This document shows, piece after piece, positions 9,226 through 19,138 of a stretch of DNA of 64,000 nt (position 1 is its first letter; every line of letters starts with the position of its first letter). Location: the IMG/VR virus record IMGVR_UViG_3300027278_000003; one strand, 5' to 3'. The notes beneath the pieces were generated by a model, which was not told the origin of the DNA, did no database searches, and saw only the letters and a program-made list of their open reading frames with translations. The position numbers were made by a program, and so were the translations under genes. Origin of the DNA: a virus (lineage: Duplodnaviria; Caudoviricetes).

Positions 9226-9573
9226 ATGAACTACGAATTCGACACCGCGATCAATGAACTTTTGAACACGATCAAATCTGACTATTATCGTTACACTTCG
9301 CGCAACGGCACCCGCGAACTCACTGACATTAACAAGCGTATGATTGACGAATTCAATGCCGAACTTTCTGTTGAAGAAGGTCGCAAGTATGTAAAAGTGA
9401 TCAAAGGTGGTTCTGTTTGGGGTTTCATTGTCAAAGCAGACGACAAGAAATTCAAAGCAGGTGACATTCTGAAAGCTGCATCGTGGGCTTCTCCTGCAAA
9501 GAACAAAGCGCGTGGCAATATCCTTGAAGGCAACTTCTCTTGGGTTCAGTGGACTGGTCCTGCATATCTCTAA
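9226..9573 (+). CDS. Phage hypothetical protein (type seen in T4-like marine phages)
   Basis: GRKYVKVI...SVWGFIVK...GDILKAASWASPAKNKARGNI. Confidence 0.65.
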   Translation: MNYEFDTAINELLNTIKSDYYRYTSRNGTRELTDINKRMIDEFNAELSVEEGRKYVKVIKGGSVWGFIVKADDKKFKAGDILKAASWASPAKNKARGNILEGNFSWVQWTGPAYL

Positions 9574-9606
9574 TAAATAAAAACACTAAAGACTAAGGAG
9601 AATAAC

Positions 9607-9930
9607 ATGTCTGCAATTGAATATGAAAACAGCGGTGATGTAGATATTGTAGGTACTTCATTGATGGGGTATATCGGAACATCATACAATGAACTAGAAG
9701 TCGCTTTTGGAAATCCAACCTACTACTATGCTGAAGGTGCCACAACTGTGGAATGGGTTCTGCAATTAAAAGTACCAAATGGTGGCGACTTCGACTATGT
9801 AACCGCTACGATCTATGACCGCCACGAGGATTTCACACCACTGCAAGATAAAGACAAAGAAGGTGTTTGGTATATTGGCGGGTTTGAACGTGCATCAGTG
9901 GATGCAGTATATATGGCAATGGGACGTTGA
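9607..9930 (+). CDS. Phage hypothetical protein
   Basis: AAGGAG RBS; GTSLMGYI...FGNP...VEW. Confidence 0.65.
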   Translation: MSAIEYENSGDVDIVGTSLMGYIGTSYNELEVAFGNPTYYYAEGATTVEWVLQLKVPNGGDFDYVTATIYDRHEDFTPLQDKDKEGVWYIGGFERASVDAVYMAMGR

Positions 9931-10157
9931 AAATGCAAATTGAAGGTTTGACTTCGGAGCAAGTAGAACTACTTGATAAAATGTGGTCGATAGATACTCA
10001 TACCGAGTTGTCAGCATGGTTTAACACGTTAACTGAAAAAAAACACCAAGAGGCAATGGTTCTTCTAGAGTTGATTGAACTTGCGGCGATTGATGATCAA
10101 GTAGATGAAGACCAAGACCTAACCATCGCAAAACTGATGTTGAATAGCATTCTCTAA
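9927..10157 (+). CDS. Small acidic hypothetical protein
   Basis: ORF track, coupled to the previous gene. Confidence 0.55.
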   Translation: MKMQIEGLTSEQVELLDKMWSIDTHTELSAWFNTLTEKKHQEAMVLLELIELAAIDDQVDEDQDLTIAKLMLNSIL

Positions 10158-10174
10158 TTTTCATAAATACTAAT

Positions 10175-10870
10175 ATGAAAATTTATGAGATTGTTTCAGA
10201 AGCAAAACTAGAACCAGACTACGATTTCTTAGCTCAAGTTGAGGAAATCGTTGATGATGCTCTGGAAGAATATGCAGAATTCCTAGCAGATAATGACGAC
10301 AAAGACGACATTGATGAACTGGAAGAAATCCTAAATTCAAACAACTATGATGAATTACCAATTGAATTCATCGCTGACCATCACCCGCGCAAGGACCCAG
10401 ACGAATGGCTTAGTGCCGCGGCAGACTGGGATCCAAAAGAAGGTAAGAGCGTAAGAGTATTCTTACATGCTAAAAATCTTGAAGGTGTATATGGTCCACA
10501 AACATTCAAAAAAATTCTAATGCGTATGTTAGCCCATGAAACAATTCACTGGGGACAATACGATAAATTTGACCCGAAAGTATTGGACACTTACAAGAGT
10601 GGTTATATGAAGGGTGTAGAAAAAAAGAAGTCAGGCGGAACTGACCGTGACCTAATGCGTATGTATTTGCGTGATCCACACGAATTAATGGCATATGCAC
10701 ATGACCTCGCGGATGAAATGCGTGATACTGACAATCCTGAGGATGCACTACGCAACCCAGAGAAATATATTAAAGAACTGCCTGTATATCAGCGTTTCCG
10801 TCAGAGTTTTCCACGTGACGCGAAACAAATCAAGCAATTGATGAAATATACAGCAGGATACTTTAATTGA
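10175..10870 (+). CDS. Late protein with HExxH zincin-like motif
   Basis: LAHETIHWGQY and DPHELMAYA; N-terminus MKIYEIVSE; late promoter TAAATA at 10164. Confidence 0.55.
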   Translation: MKIYEIVSEAKLEPDYDFLAQVEEIVDDALEEYAEFLADNDDKDDIDELEEILNSNNYDELPIEFIADHHPRKDPDEWLSAAADWDPKEGKSVRVFLHAKNLEGVYGPQTFKKILMRMLAHETIHWGQYDKFDPKVLDTYKSGYMKGVEKKKSGGTDRDLMRMYLRDPHELMAYAHDLADEMRDTDNPEDALRNPEKYIKELPVYQRFRQSFPRDAKQIKQLMKYTAGYFN

Positions 10871-10934
10871 TTGCGCAAGTAGAAAACGATGCAATTTTGA
10901 ACAAGCGCCAGATCAAAAAACTCTACGAAATGCA

Positions 10935-11357
10935 ATGAATACTCTAACAGCAAAACAACAGAAAATCACCCGAACTCTGTTTCAACTTGCAAAAGACAAT
11001 GAGACTGCAACAAGAGCGAAACTTGTTGCAGCCGTTGTGTATAAAAATCAGATTATTAGTTTTGGTTTCAACAGCAAAAAATCACATCCATTTGTCATTC
11101 CATTTCAAAAGAATGAAGACGCAATCTATCTACATGCAGAGACAGACGCAATCAAAAACGCATTGCGTACCATTGGTGTAGATCAACTTGCGAAATGTGA
11201 CTTATATGTCGTGAGAGCAAAATACACAGACAAAAATAGATCAAATGCGCAACTTGGAATGGCAAAACCATGTAAAGGGTGCGCAAAATGCATCAGTCAG
11301 TTTGGGGTCAAGCGCGTTATCTATTCGACTGATGAACAAAGCTATGCATTTTTGTAA
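10935..11357 (+). CDS. Cytidine/deoxycytidylate deaminase-family zinc protein
   Basis: LHAETDAI ... AKPCKGC (HxE...PCxxC). Confidence 0.8.
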   Translation: MNTLTAKQQKITRTLFQLAKDNETATRAKLVAAVVYKNQIISFGFNSKKSHPFVIPFQKNEDAIYLHAETDAIKNALRTIGVDQLAKCDLYVVRAKYTDKNRSNAQLGMAKPCKGCAKCISQFGVKRVIYSTDEQSYAFL

Positions 11358-11400
11358 TATCTACAGTTAATTCTACTATATCTTGTGTCTAAATACATAT

Positions 11401-11497
11401 GTAGGCATGACGCCTACACTAAAGATGGTGCGCCCTGCACCATTCTCTAGTCCTCTTCGCCAACTGACCCGGTAGTCTAAGACTATCGGGTCTTTTT
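11401..11497 (+). ncRNA. Putative small structured late RNA ending in an intrinsic terminator
   Basis: TAAATA at 11390; hairpins GTAGGC/GCCTAC and ATGGTGC/GCACCAT; terminator GACCCGGTAGTC-TAA-GACTATCGGGTC-TTTTT; no ORF with an RBS. Confidence 0.45.
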
Positions 11498-11539
11498 GTT
11501 AATATACGACAATTCTATCACCAACATGCTAAATAAGTT

Positions 11540-11707
11540 TAATACAAATAGACGAAGCCCCTTCTGAGTTAGTAGTTGGCCCGCCGGGCAATACAACTCA
11601 GAGGTCTTCTAATAGATAATGGGGCATAGACCCCATACATTCTATAGGTATTATCGTTTTGGCGAACGAGGGAAATAAAAATTCAATGCAAGCGGATGTA
11701 ATCTGCA
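11540..11707 (+). ncRNA. Putative second structured RNA
   Basis: TAAATA at 11530; stems CTGAGTT/AACTCAG, GCCC/GGGC, ATGGGG/CCCCAT, AATGCA/TGCATT in non-coding DNA. Confidence 0.35.
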
Positions 11708-11736
11708 TTGACAATCTTCGCCATTTAGATTATATT
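11708..11736 (+). promoter_or_regulatory. sigma70-type promoter of putA
   Basis: TTGACA-N17-TATATT, then GAGG RBS before the ATG at 11756. Confidence 0.7.
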
Positions 11737-11755
11737 AATAGTAATTGAGGCGAAT

Positions 11756-14608
11756 ATGAAGTGTTATCCACATAATGAGTATTACAGAGTTGAGGAAGCG
11801 GAGATACTTCCTAAACTAATTTTGGCTACACGAATTGCCAAGACTGAAAGAGAACAAATTCTTGCAGCGGCAACTGAAATACAGTCAAAATTAAATGAAA
11901 CTCACTATGTTCACAAAGTTATGAAAGCGTACAATCTGTCTGGTACAGAGGGTATGGCACTTATGACATTGTGCGAAGCACTTCTACGCACACCAGATGT
12001 TGAAACCCGCGACAAACTTATCAAAGAAAAACTAAGCCGCGCACAGTGGAATCAGATTGCAGAAAATTCATTCTATGCAACAATCTCAGGTATCGCATTG
12101 ACAAAAGCACAGAGTTTTGCAGCATATGACACTGTTGTGAAGCGCATGGGTTGGCCAACAGTAAGAACGATGGTCGAAGAAGTAGTCAAAGTGATGGGCA
12201 CCATCTACGTGATGGGAGAAACGATCACAAAAGCCATAAAAAAGAAACAAGTAGACTATTCTTATTCGTTTGATATGCTAGGCGAAGCAGCATTGACTTG
12301 GGAAGACGCAAATGCATATTACGAAAAGTACATTGAAGCCTCTACACAATTCAAAGATTCAATATCTGTAAAACTCAGTGCAATCCATCCACGATATGAA
12401 TTGCGTAACTATCAAGACGTTGTTCAAACCCTTGTTCCCCGCCTTGCAGCAATTGCAAGAGTGTGTGAAGAACATGGCACAACTATGTTTATTGACGCAG
12501 AAGAAAGTTACAGACTTGATCTTAGTATTATGGTACTTGAAGAACTGCTAAAGACACACCGATTTAAAAAGAAAACTATCGGATTCGCAGTACAAGCATA
12601 TCAAAAACGTGCGTTTTGGGTAATCGACACGTTAGAAAGCATTGCAAGTGAAGCATCAACACAAATTGCTGTTAGACTTGTCAAAGGTGCATATTGGGAC
12701 ACTGAAATTAAACTTGCACAACAGCAAGGATTGCACTACCCAGTATTCACACGTAAAGAATTCACAGATATTTCATATCTTGCATGTGCAAGAAAACTAA
12801 TGCAATCTAAATTCATTAGTCCAGCATATGCGACACACAATACATTCACCGTGGCAGCCATTTATCACTACAACACAGATATAGGAGGTGATTTCGAATT
12901 TCAGAAATTATATGGCATGGGGAACGGTCTATTCGACCACATAAAAGAACATTACGATGCTAGTGTTCGTGTTTATGCTCCCGTAGGTGAATATAAAGAC
13001 CTGCTTGCGTATCTTGTGCGCAGACTTCTAGAAAATGGAGCAAACACAAGTTTCGTATTTAACCAGCAAGTAGTTGATCCTTTCGTTGAAGCAAAGCAGG
13101 TAAAGGACAACTTGCCATCTTATCTAGATTTATATGGTAAGAGAAAGAATTCGAACGGATATGATCTAACTGATGTAGACAAAATCATGTCGATACCACA
13201 TTCCGAGACAGTAGATTTCATAAATCGTGAAGGATACAATTTAGAAGAGTCTCTGGCGGTATTAACGTCTAAAACGAATAGTTGGAAAGCAAAGACATTT
13301 GCAGAACGAAAGTCGGCAGTACTTGCGTATGCTGATTATCTTGAAGAACATCTAATAACCGCAGCAAAGACAATCACAGATCACGCATATAAAACATTTC
13401 CAAACTCTATCGCAGAAGTACGTGAAGGTATCGACTTCATTCGATATTATGCAGAGGTTGCGGAACAGATGTATGATACTAAAGATACTGAATTGCGCGG
13501 TTACACTGGCGAGTACAACAAAACATCATACGAAGCACGTGGAACATGGATGGTGATTTCTCCGTGGAACTTCCCATTTGCTATTATGGTTGGGCCTGTC
13601 ATTGCGGCGTTGTTGGCGGGCAATACGGTCTTAGTTAAATCTGCGCCACAGACACAAGTTGTAGCAGACATAACAATTGGATGTATGTTAGTTGTGGGTA
13701 TACCGACGGATGCAATACAATTCTGTGATCCAAATCCAAGTGAAGCAGAAAAAGCATTGCGCGATGAACGCATCAATGGAGTTACGTTTACTGGTTCGCA
13801 TCCAACAGCAAAGCGTATACAATGTGTTCTTGCCGAGCGCGATGGGCCTATCATTCCGTTCATTGCAGAAACGGGTGGTATTAACTGTATGATTGCAGAC
13901 AGCACTTGTTTGCCAGAACAATTAGTCAAAGATGTACTAGTTGGAGCATTCGACAGCGCGGGACAGCGTTGTTCTGCTACTCGCTTCTTGTTTGTACAGC
14001 GTGACAACTCTGAAATCATTCTGAAAATGCTAAAAGGCGCAATGAAAAATCTTGTGCTTGGCTTCCCCGACGATTTAAACACTGATGTGTCACGCGTTAT
14101 TGATGGCGCAGCGTATCAGCGCATACAAGAACGTATCGCAGTATTAGAAGAACATGAAACTCTTATTTCTACTAAAGGTAGAAATGGTGCAGAACTACCA
14201 AAGCTAACAGTTGCGCCAAGCGCGTATCTTGTTTCTGATTACAAGAAGTATTTTGACAAAGAAATCTTTGGTCCGCTCTTACATGTGTATGTATATGACG
14301 CAGATGAATTAGATGAAATTATAGAATTTATGAATGCTACTAAGTTTGGACTAACGCTAGGTATACATTCTCGCATTTCATCGTTGTATGAACACATTTC
14401 GTCAAAACTAAACGTAGGAAACATATACGTCAATCGTGATCAAGTTGGTGCAGTTGTAGAAACGCATCCATTTGGTGGTGTTGGACTGTCTGGCACAGGA
14501 CCAAAAGCTGGTGGACCTGATTATCTACGTTCATATGTATGGGAAAAGCATATCTGCATCAATACAACTGCTATTGGCGGCAACACTGTTCTACTTTCTT
14601 CAAAATGA
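11756..14608 (+). CDS. putA: Bifunctional proline dehydrogenase / P5C dehydrogenase (PutA)
   Basis: SFDMLGE, ISVKLSA, IDAEE, VRLVKGAYWDTEIK, ATHN, FEFQKLYGMG, YLVRRLLENGANTSF; ALDH part ISPWNFP, FTGS, IAETGG, FDSAGQRCSA, EIFGP, PFGGVGLSGTGPKAGG, INTTAIGGN. Confidence 0.95.
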   Translation: MKCYPHNEYYRVEEAEILPKLILATRIAKTEREQILAAATEIQSKLNETHYVHKVMKAYNLSGTEGMALMTLCEALLRTPDVETRDKLIKEKLSRAQWNQIAENSFYATISGIALTKAQSFAAYDTVVKRMGWPTVRTMVEEVVKVMGTIYVMGETITKAIKKKQVDYSYSFDMLGEAALTWEDANAYYEKYIEASTQFKDSISVKLSAIHPRYELRNYQDVVQTLVPRLAAIARVCEEHGTTMFIDAEESYRLDLSIMVLEELLKTHRFKKKTIGFAVQAYQKRAFWVIDTLESIASEASTQIAVRLVKGAYWDTEIKLAQQQGLHYPVFTRKEFTDISYLACARKLMQSKFISPAYATHNTFTVAAIYHYNTDIGGDFEFQKLYGMGNGLFDHIKEHYDASVRVYAPVGEYKDLLAYLVRRLLENGANTSFVFNQQVVDPFVEAKQVKDNLPSYLDLYGKRKNSNGYDLTDVDKIMSIPHSETVDFINREGYNLEESLAVLTSKTNSWKAKTFAERKSAVLAYADYLEEHLITAAKTITDHAYKTFPNSIAEVREGIDFIRYYAEVAEQMYDTKDTELRGYTGEYNKTSYEARGTWMVISPWNFPFAIMVGPVIAALLAGNTVLVKSAPQTQVVADITIGCMLVVGIPTDAIQFCDPNPSEAEKALRDERINGVTFTGSHPTAKRIQCVLAERDGPIIPFIAETGGINCMIADSTCLPEQLVKDVLVGAFDSAGQRCSATRFLFVQRDNSEIILKMLKGAMKNLVLGFPDDLNTDVSRVIDGAAYQRIQERIAVLEEHETLISTKGRNGAELPKLTVAPSAYLVSDYKKYFDKEIFGPLLHVYVYDADELDEIIEFMNATKFGLTLGIHSRISSLYEHISSKLNVGNIYVNRDQVGAVVETHPFGGVGLSGTGPKAGGPDYLRSYVWEKHICINTTAIGGNTVLLSSK

Positions 14609-15213
14609 TAAACACAAGTGACGAATATGAAGTTTGGAGATATGTTGACCCAGAAGATTTATGGGTATTTGACAAACTTATTTTAGCACGTAGATTGGGA
14701 TATACCTGCGGCCCAACCGGAATACCTGTACCAAATCCTGGAGTTTATATTGTTAGGCCTTGTGTCAACGCAATGGGTCTAGGGTTAGGAACAAAACGTG
14801 TATTCATTGATAATAACACTGAACACTTGCCTGTCGGACACTTTTGGATTGAAGAATTCGATGGACCTCATTTAAGTGTTGATTATCATTGGGGAGAGCA
14901 GGTTCTTTGCGTTCAAGGGTTTAAACCACATGAAGAATTTATTCGTTGGGCAGCGTGGAGCAAAGTAGATTTTTCAAAAGAGTTACCCGACATTATTAAA
15001 CCTTTTGCAAAAAAGTATGAATGGATTAATTGTGAATTTATAGGAAACAAGGTTCTTGAAATACATTTTAGGCGTAATCCAGACTTTGATTATAATAATT
15101 CGATATTCATACCAGTCTGGAATGAAGAAATGAAAGACAATCCAAGATATAATACAATGCAGTTTATAGAATGCCCAGATGTAAACGGAAGAATAGGAGC
15201 ATTTGTTAAATAA
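14605..15213 (+). CDS. Phage protein, possible ATP-grasp fold
   Basis: YIVRPCVN..GLG, FWIEEFDGPHLSVDY, WINCEF..NKVLEIH.R.NPD; ATGA overlap with putA. Confidence 0.5.
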   Translation: MINTSDEYEVWRYVDPEDLWVFDKLILARRLGYTCGPTGIPVPNPGVYIVRPCVNAMGLGLGTKRVFIDNNTEHLPVGHFWIEEFDGPHLSVDYHWGEQVLCVQGFKPHEEFIRWAAWSKVDFSKELPDIIKPFAKKYEWINCEFIGNKVLEIHFRRNPDFDYNNSIFIPVWNEEMKDNPRYNTMQFIECPDVNGRIGAFVK

Positions 15214-15276
15214 TACTTGTAAATTGTATTATAATAGTGTATTATGAAATATAACCTAAAACAATAAGAGGACATA

Positions 15277-15684
15277 ATGACAAAACAAGTTGATCTAAAC
15301 GCATACCGTGATTTCGTTGCAGAAGTAACGAGTGATGCAAGTAATGAGCTAGAAGTAATGATTGCACGACTTCGTGAACTAAACGAAACTGTGAATATCT
15401 CACTCCTAATGACAGGTGCGATTGGTATGAGTGCAGAAGGTGGCGAGTTTGCAGAAGTTGTCAAGAAATGTGTATTCCAAGGTAAACCAATGAACGACGA
15501 AACAGTCTTTCATATGAAGCGTGAACTTGGTGACATTGCTTGGTATTTTGTGAATGCGTGTCGTGCGATTGGTGAAGACCCAAATGAAGTGATTGCAGAG
15601 AATGTGCGTAAACTCGAAGCACGTTATCCCGGTGGATCATTTGATGCATTCTATTCAGAAAATCGCAAAGACGGCGATCTATAA
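15277..15684 (+). CDS. mazG: MazG-like nucleotide pyrophosphohydrolase
   Basis: AEGGEFAEVVKK...RELGDIAWY...ENVRKLEARYP. Confidence 0.85.
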   Translation: MTKQVDLNAYRDFVAEVTSDASNELEVMIARLRELNETVNISLLMTGAIGMSAEGGEFAEVVKKCVFQGKPMNDETVFHMKRELGDIAWYFVNACRAIGEDPNEVIAENVRKLEARYPGGSFDAFYSENRKDGDL

Positions 15685-15711
15685 TAACATTAAATAAAAT
15701 AGAAAATAGCA

Positions 15712-17076
15712 ATGGAAGAAAAAAGCAAAACGTGGTGCCTTGCACCTTGGACCGAACTGGCTATAAAAGAATACCGTGATGGGAAACTTACATCTGCATG
15801 GCCATGTTGTATGATGGGCAACTATGGAGAGCTTAATCCATTAGGCATTGATAATATTGAAAATCTGACACCAGATGAAATTTTTAATCATCCAGCCATG
15901 GAACAGTTACGACAGGACGGGTTGAATGGTGTCAGAAACCCAGCATGTAAAGTATGCTGGGATCAAGAAGATAAAGGGTTAGATTCTTTCAGGCATATGT
16001 CAAATCATGCTAGATACGGCGGGGACCATCACAACGGTAACAACATACCACATTATTCTGATAACCCAGAAGAAATGGGAATGTATGTATTAGATGTTAC
16101 CACTTCAAATAAATGCAACCTTGCGTGTAGAATGTGTACACCATCTGCAAGTGACCTTCTTGAGAAAGATACAAACTACTGGAAAGATAATGGCATTTAT
16201 GTGCAGACCTTAAATGCCATTAGAAGATGGTCCCCGTCGATGCCAGTCGGTATAGTAGGGACCTCTCAGTGGGATTGGTTGATGGAAAACACACACAAAA
16301 TAAAGGTGTTGAAGCTATCTGGTGGTGAACCATTGTACGATGAAAAAGTTGTCAGATTGCTACAAAGATACATAGACACTGGTAACGCATCAGATACCAC
16401 CCTTCATTTTCACACAAACGCAACTATTTTCAGTAAAAAGAATATAGAATTGTTGTCTAAATTTAGAATGAATGAACACGTGTTTAGTATCGATGGATGT
16501 GGGAAGACATACGAATACATCAGATATCCTATGACATTTCAGAAACTTGAACGATCTATAAAAAACTTTTTAAATTCTTCGGTGCGTAGAACATCCGTTC
16601 AACAATATAGTATGGTTGTATCCGCACTTAACGTATTGAATATCGTTGATTATACTAAATGGATAGCAAAAATTAGCTCAGAATCTAACAACTTAACCGT
16701 CAGTGAAATACATTTTGCAGAAATGTATCCATTGAACGAGCGTGGGACTTCTCTTTGTAATCTTCCAGTGCATATACTTGAACATGCATTAGAAAAAATA
16801 GAAAATTATGTTGAAGAAGCCAACAGTTTGACAGATATCTCAAATCGTTCTTACGTTATTATAATGAAAAACATTGAAAGGATGATGAATAATCCGATAA
16901 TTTCTATAAAAAATGCGATTGAACATAATACATGTACCGAGAATAATGCAAAACGAATGTTGACAGAAATAACAGCTTTTGACAAATCTCGCAACCAATC
17001 ATATCGCGACTTTTTAGATCCGATGTTAATAGAATGGTTGGATTCGATAGAAGGGTCTATAACACCTGTTCTATAA
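15712..17076 (+). CDS. Radical SAM protein with N-terminal SPASM/twitch-type Cys domain
   Basis: WCLAPW..PCC..C..CW; CNLACRMC; GGEP; TNAT; SIDG..YEYIRYP. Confidence 0.85.
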   Translation: MEEKSKTWCLAPWTELAIKEYRDGKLTSAWPCCMMGNYGELNPLGIDNIENLTPDEIFNHPAMEQLRQDGLNGVRNPACKVCWDQEDKGLDSFRHMSNHARYGGDHHNGNNIPHYSDNPEEMGMYVLDVTTSNKCNLACRMCTPSASDLLEKDTNYWKDNGIYVQTLNAIRRWSPSMPVGIVGTSQWDWLMENTHKIKVLKLSGGEPLYDEKVVRLLQRYIDTGNASDTTLHFHTNATIFSKKNIELLSKFRMNEHVFSIDGCGKTYEYIRYPMTFQKLERSIKNFLNSSVRRTSVQQYSMVVSALNVLNIVDYTKWIAKISSESNNLTVSEIHFAEMYPLNERGTSLCNLPVHILEHALEKIENYVEEANSLTDISNRSYVIIMKNIERMMNNPIISIKNAIEHNTCTENNAKRMLTEITAFDKSRNQSYRDFLDPMLIEWLDSIEGSITPVL

Positions 17077-17148
17077 ATATACATACAGAATAATAGATTT
17101 CTAGCTGATAAATACAGATAGAGATTGATATATAAGAAGGCAGGTCTA

Positions 17149-17415
17149 ATGTTTCAAGAATATAAAAGTCTCTCCGACGAAGATTTGGACTCGAAAATGG
17201 AGAGTGTCATGAAGAAAATTCAAATGGCACATAGAATGGGCCACGATGTTGCAGTAGAACAGTTACAACATTTCTTAGAAATGATGCAACTTGAACTAAT
17301 GGAACGTAGTGAGAAAATGCGATTTAAAATGATCATAGATCGCACACCAGAGTCATTAATTATTGGAGAAGACGATGACACCAATGCATCAACCGGTTCA
17401 AACAAAAAAAGTTAA
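17149..17415 (+). CDS. Hypothetical protein
   Basis: ORF track, start moved to an ATG; late promoter GATAAATAC near 17107. Confidence 0.55.
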   Translation: MFQEYKSLSDEDLDSKMESVMKKIQMAHRMGHDVAVEQLQHFLEMMQLELMERSEKMRFKMIIDRTPESLIIGEDDDTNASTGSNKKS

Positions 17416-17749
17416 TCACGCATTCGTATTAGATGGGACAGATGTTGAAATCACACGTTTTGTAGAATACATCGATAGTGAGTGGTTAGGCGAATGGCAA
17501 GGATTACTAAATTTCTCCGATGTGAAATTTGATATAGGTCACGACACACTAATATTAACAACAGAAAGCGTCAAAGAGAACCTAGTCAAGTTTGCAACAA
17601 AACTAAGTTTGAGATTTCCGAAAATCTTTATGATGTACGAATTCTACACAGAAGATGAAGAAGATTTTCAACAAGGAACATTTTATCTACTAGCGGGTAA
17701 AATCACAACAGAGGAAGATGAACTTCTTCCTTTCTATAATGAGGTATAA
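17375..17749 (+). CDS. Hypothetical protein
   Basis: GGAG RBS before the ATG at 17375. Confidence 0.55.
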   Translation: MTPMHQPVQTKKVNHAFVLDGTDVEITRFVEYIDSEWLGEWQGLLNFSDVKFDIGHDTLILTTESVKENLVKFATKLSLRFPKIFMMYEFYTEDEEDFQQGTFYLLAGKITTEEDELLPFYNEV

Positions 17750-18427
17750 ATGTCTGATTTTGTATCAGTTAACAGTTATTCTACTTTTAAAGCACAATTT
17801 AGTGCAACAGTAATTCAAAGTGCGCCAATATTATTGAGCGACACATACGAAGTTGAAGTAGATTTCCTCTGGGCGGACATGGATCCGGCCAGAGGAAATG
17901 CAGCGTTCATGAAAATGCGCTATTTCCTAGAAGATGAACTGCATCAAAGCGTTCTTACTTATCCCCAAGCACCAATGGCAGTTAATGGTATTGAGAATAA
18001 CATTGTGTTGTTCCCATTTGTACCAACTAACGACATTATTGCAATGACACTACATGCAAAGTTGAATACAATTTGCGGACAGTATATTGAAATCATCAGT
18101 GTGCGTGTCGGCAGTAAGTATGCACAACCCAATCTCATATACACTTATGCAGATGATGAATATCCAGCAATGCCATCACTAAAAGACTTTATAGGTCTTG
18201 ACACAGATGAATATTATTATGATCAACCTTGGTGGTTCAGAAGTGATGCAACTACCGGAGAATTTGACACAAGTGACGATAAGGACTTGACAGACCCACC
18301 AGAACCTGATACTATACTAGATGATATAGAAAAAATGGTCATGGGGGAATTGAAACTCCGCGACGGCGATCAAGGCGGTGAAGTAGTTGACATTAAAGGA
18401 TGGAAACCAAAAATCATTGATGATTAA
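17750..18427 (+). CDS. Hypothetical phage protein
   Basis: GAGG RBS; 225-aa ORF. Confidence 0.65.
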   Translation: MSDFVSVNSYSTFKAQFSATVIQSAPILLSDTYEVEVDFLWADMDPARGNAAFMKMRYFLEDELHQSVLTYPQAPMAVNGIENNIVLFPFVPTNDIIAMTLHAKLNTICGQYIEIISVRVGSKYAQPNLIYTYADDEYPAMPSLKDFIGLDTDEYYYDQPWWFRSDATTGEFDTSDDKDLTDPPEPDTILDDIEKMVMGELKLRDGDQGGEVVDIKGWKPKIIDD

Positions 18428-18935
18428 AGATCAGTACAGTAGAGTACTGGTGAGCCGGCACGACCTTTACGAAATGTTATACAATGGTGTATCTATTGAT
18501 AATATTCGTGATGTAGAATGGCATGAAGACTTTGAAAAGTACAATAATGCAATCGCTCTGAACCATCTTTCAACTCCCCTAAAGGAACCACTCAAGAAAC
18601 TCAATCTTGATGTTTCAGAATTTCATGAGTCTAAACAGCGGGAATGGTTGATACCAGAAGAATATATGCAGATGGACATATATCAATACATTTTGGATAG
18701 AACACCTGATGTAGGGTTGGAACGAGTTGAAACAGAGTTAAAATTATACGATAAATATGGTTTAATGGACATCTTACGTGTATGTGTATACATCGTAGAT
18801 ACGTTTAAAAAGAATAGACTCATGTGGGGCGTAGGAAGGGGAAGTAGTGTAGCAAGTTATGTGCTTTATGTTATCGGTATTCACCGAGTTGACAGTATTA
18901 AGTACAATCTTGATATACATGAATTTTTGAAATGA
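18420..18935 (+). CDS. dnaE: Stand-alone fragment of DNA polymerase III alpha (DnaE)
   Basis: RVETELKLY...WGVGRGSSVASYVLYVIGIHRVDSIKYNL matches DnaE GxGRGSxxGSLVAY.LGIT.VDP. Confidence 0.75.
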   Translation: MIKDQYSRVLVSRHDLYEMLYNGVSIDNIRDVEWHEDFEKYNNAIALNHLSTPLKEPLKKLNLDVSEFHESKQREWLIPEEYMQMDIYQYILDRTPDVGLERVETELKLYDKYGLMDILRVCVYIVDTFKKNRLMWGVGRGSSVASYVLYVIGIHRVDSIKYNLDIHEFLK

Positions 18936-19138
18936 CAGATATAATACTTAAATTTCCTAACAGCAAACGCAGACTTACTCCTGCGGAAGAAAGCGTAGTG
19001 CGAAAGTGTGCGAACCGTATGCATATTTTATATAAAGATAACAATCCATTCGTTACAGATGAAGCAAGACAACATGCAGCAGAAAAACTGTTACGAGAAT
19101 GCATTAAAACAATATTTGAGTTGAATGAGGAAAAATAA
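18932..19138 (+). CDS. Small hypothetical protein
   Basis: ORF track, ATGA overlap. Confidence 0.55.
   Translation: MTDIILKFPNSKRRLTPAEESVVRKCANRMHILYKDNNPFVTDEARQHAAEKLLRECIKTIFELNEEK

Noticed and set aside
8976-9227. 83-aa minus-strand ORF in the intergenic gap
   Set aside because: Overlaps the early promoter and palindrome, has no RBS, and the composition is not protein-like
11408-11476. 22-codon ORF (MTPTLKMVRP...) in the first putative small RNA
   Set aside because: No RBS, and the ATG is buried in the 5' hairpin loop
13501-14082. 193-aa minus-strand ORF
   Set aside because: Antisense to the conserved PutA ALDH domain; no motifs
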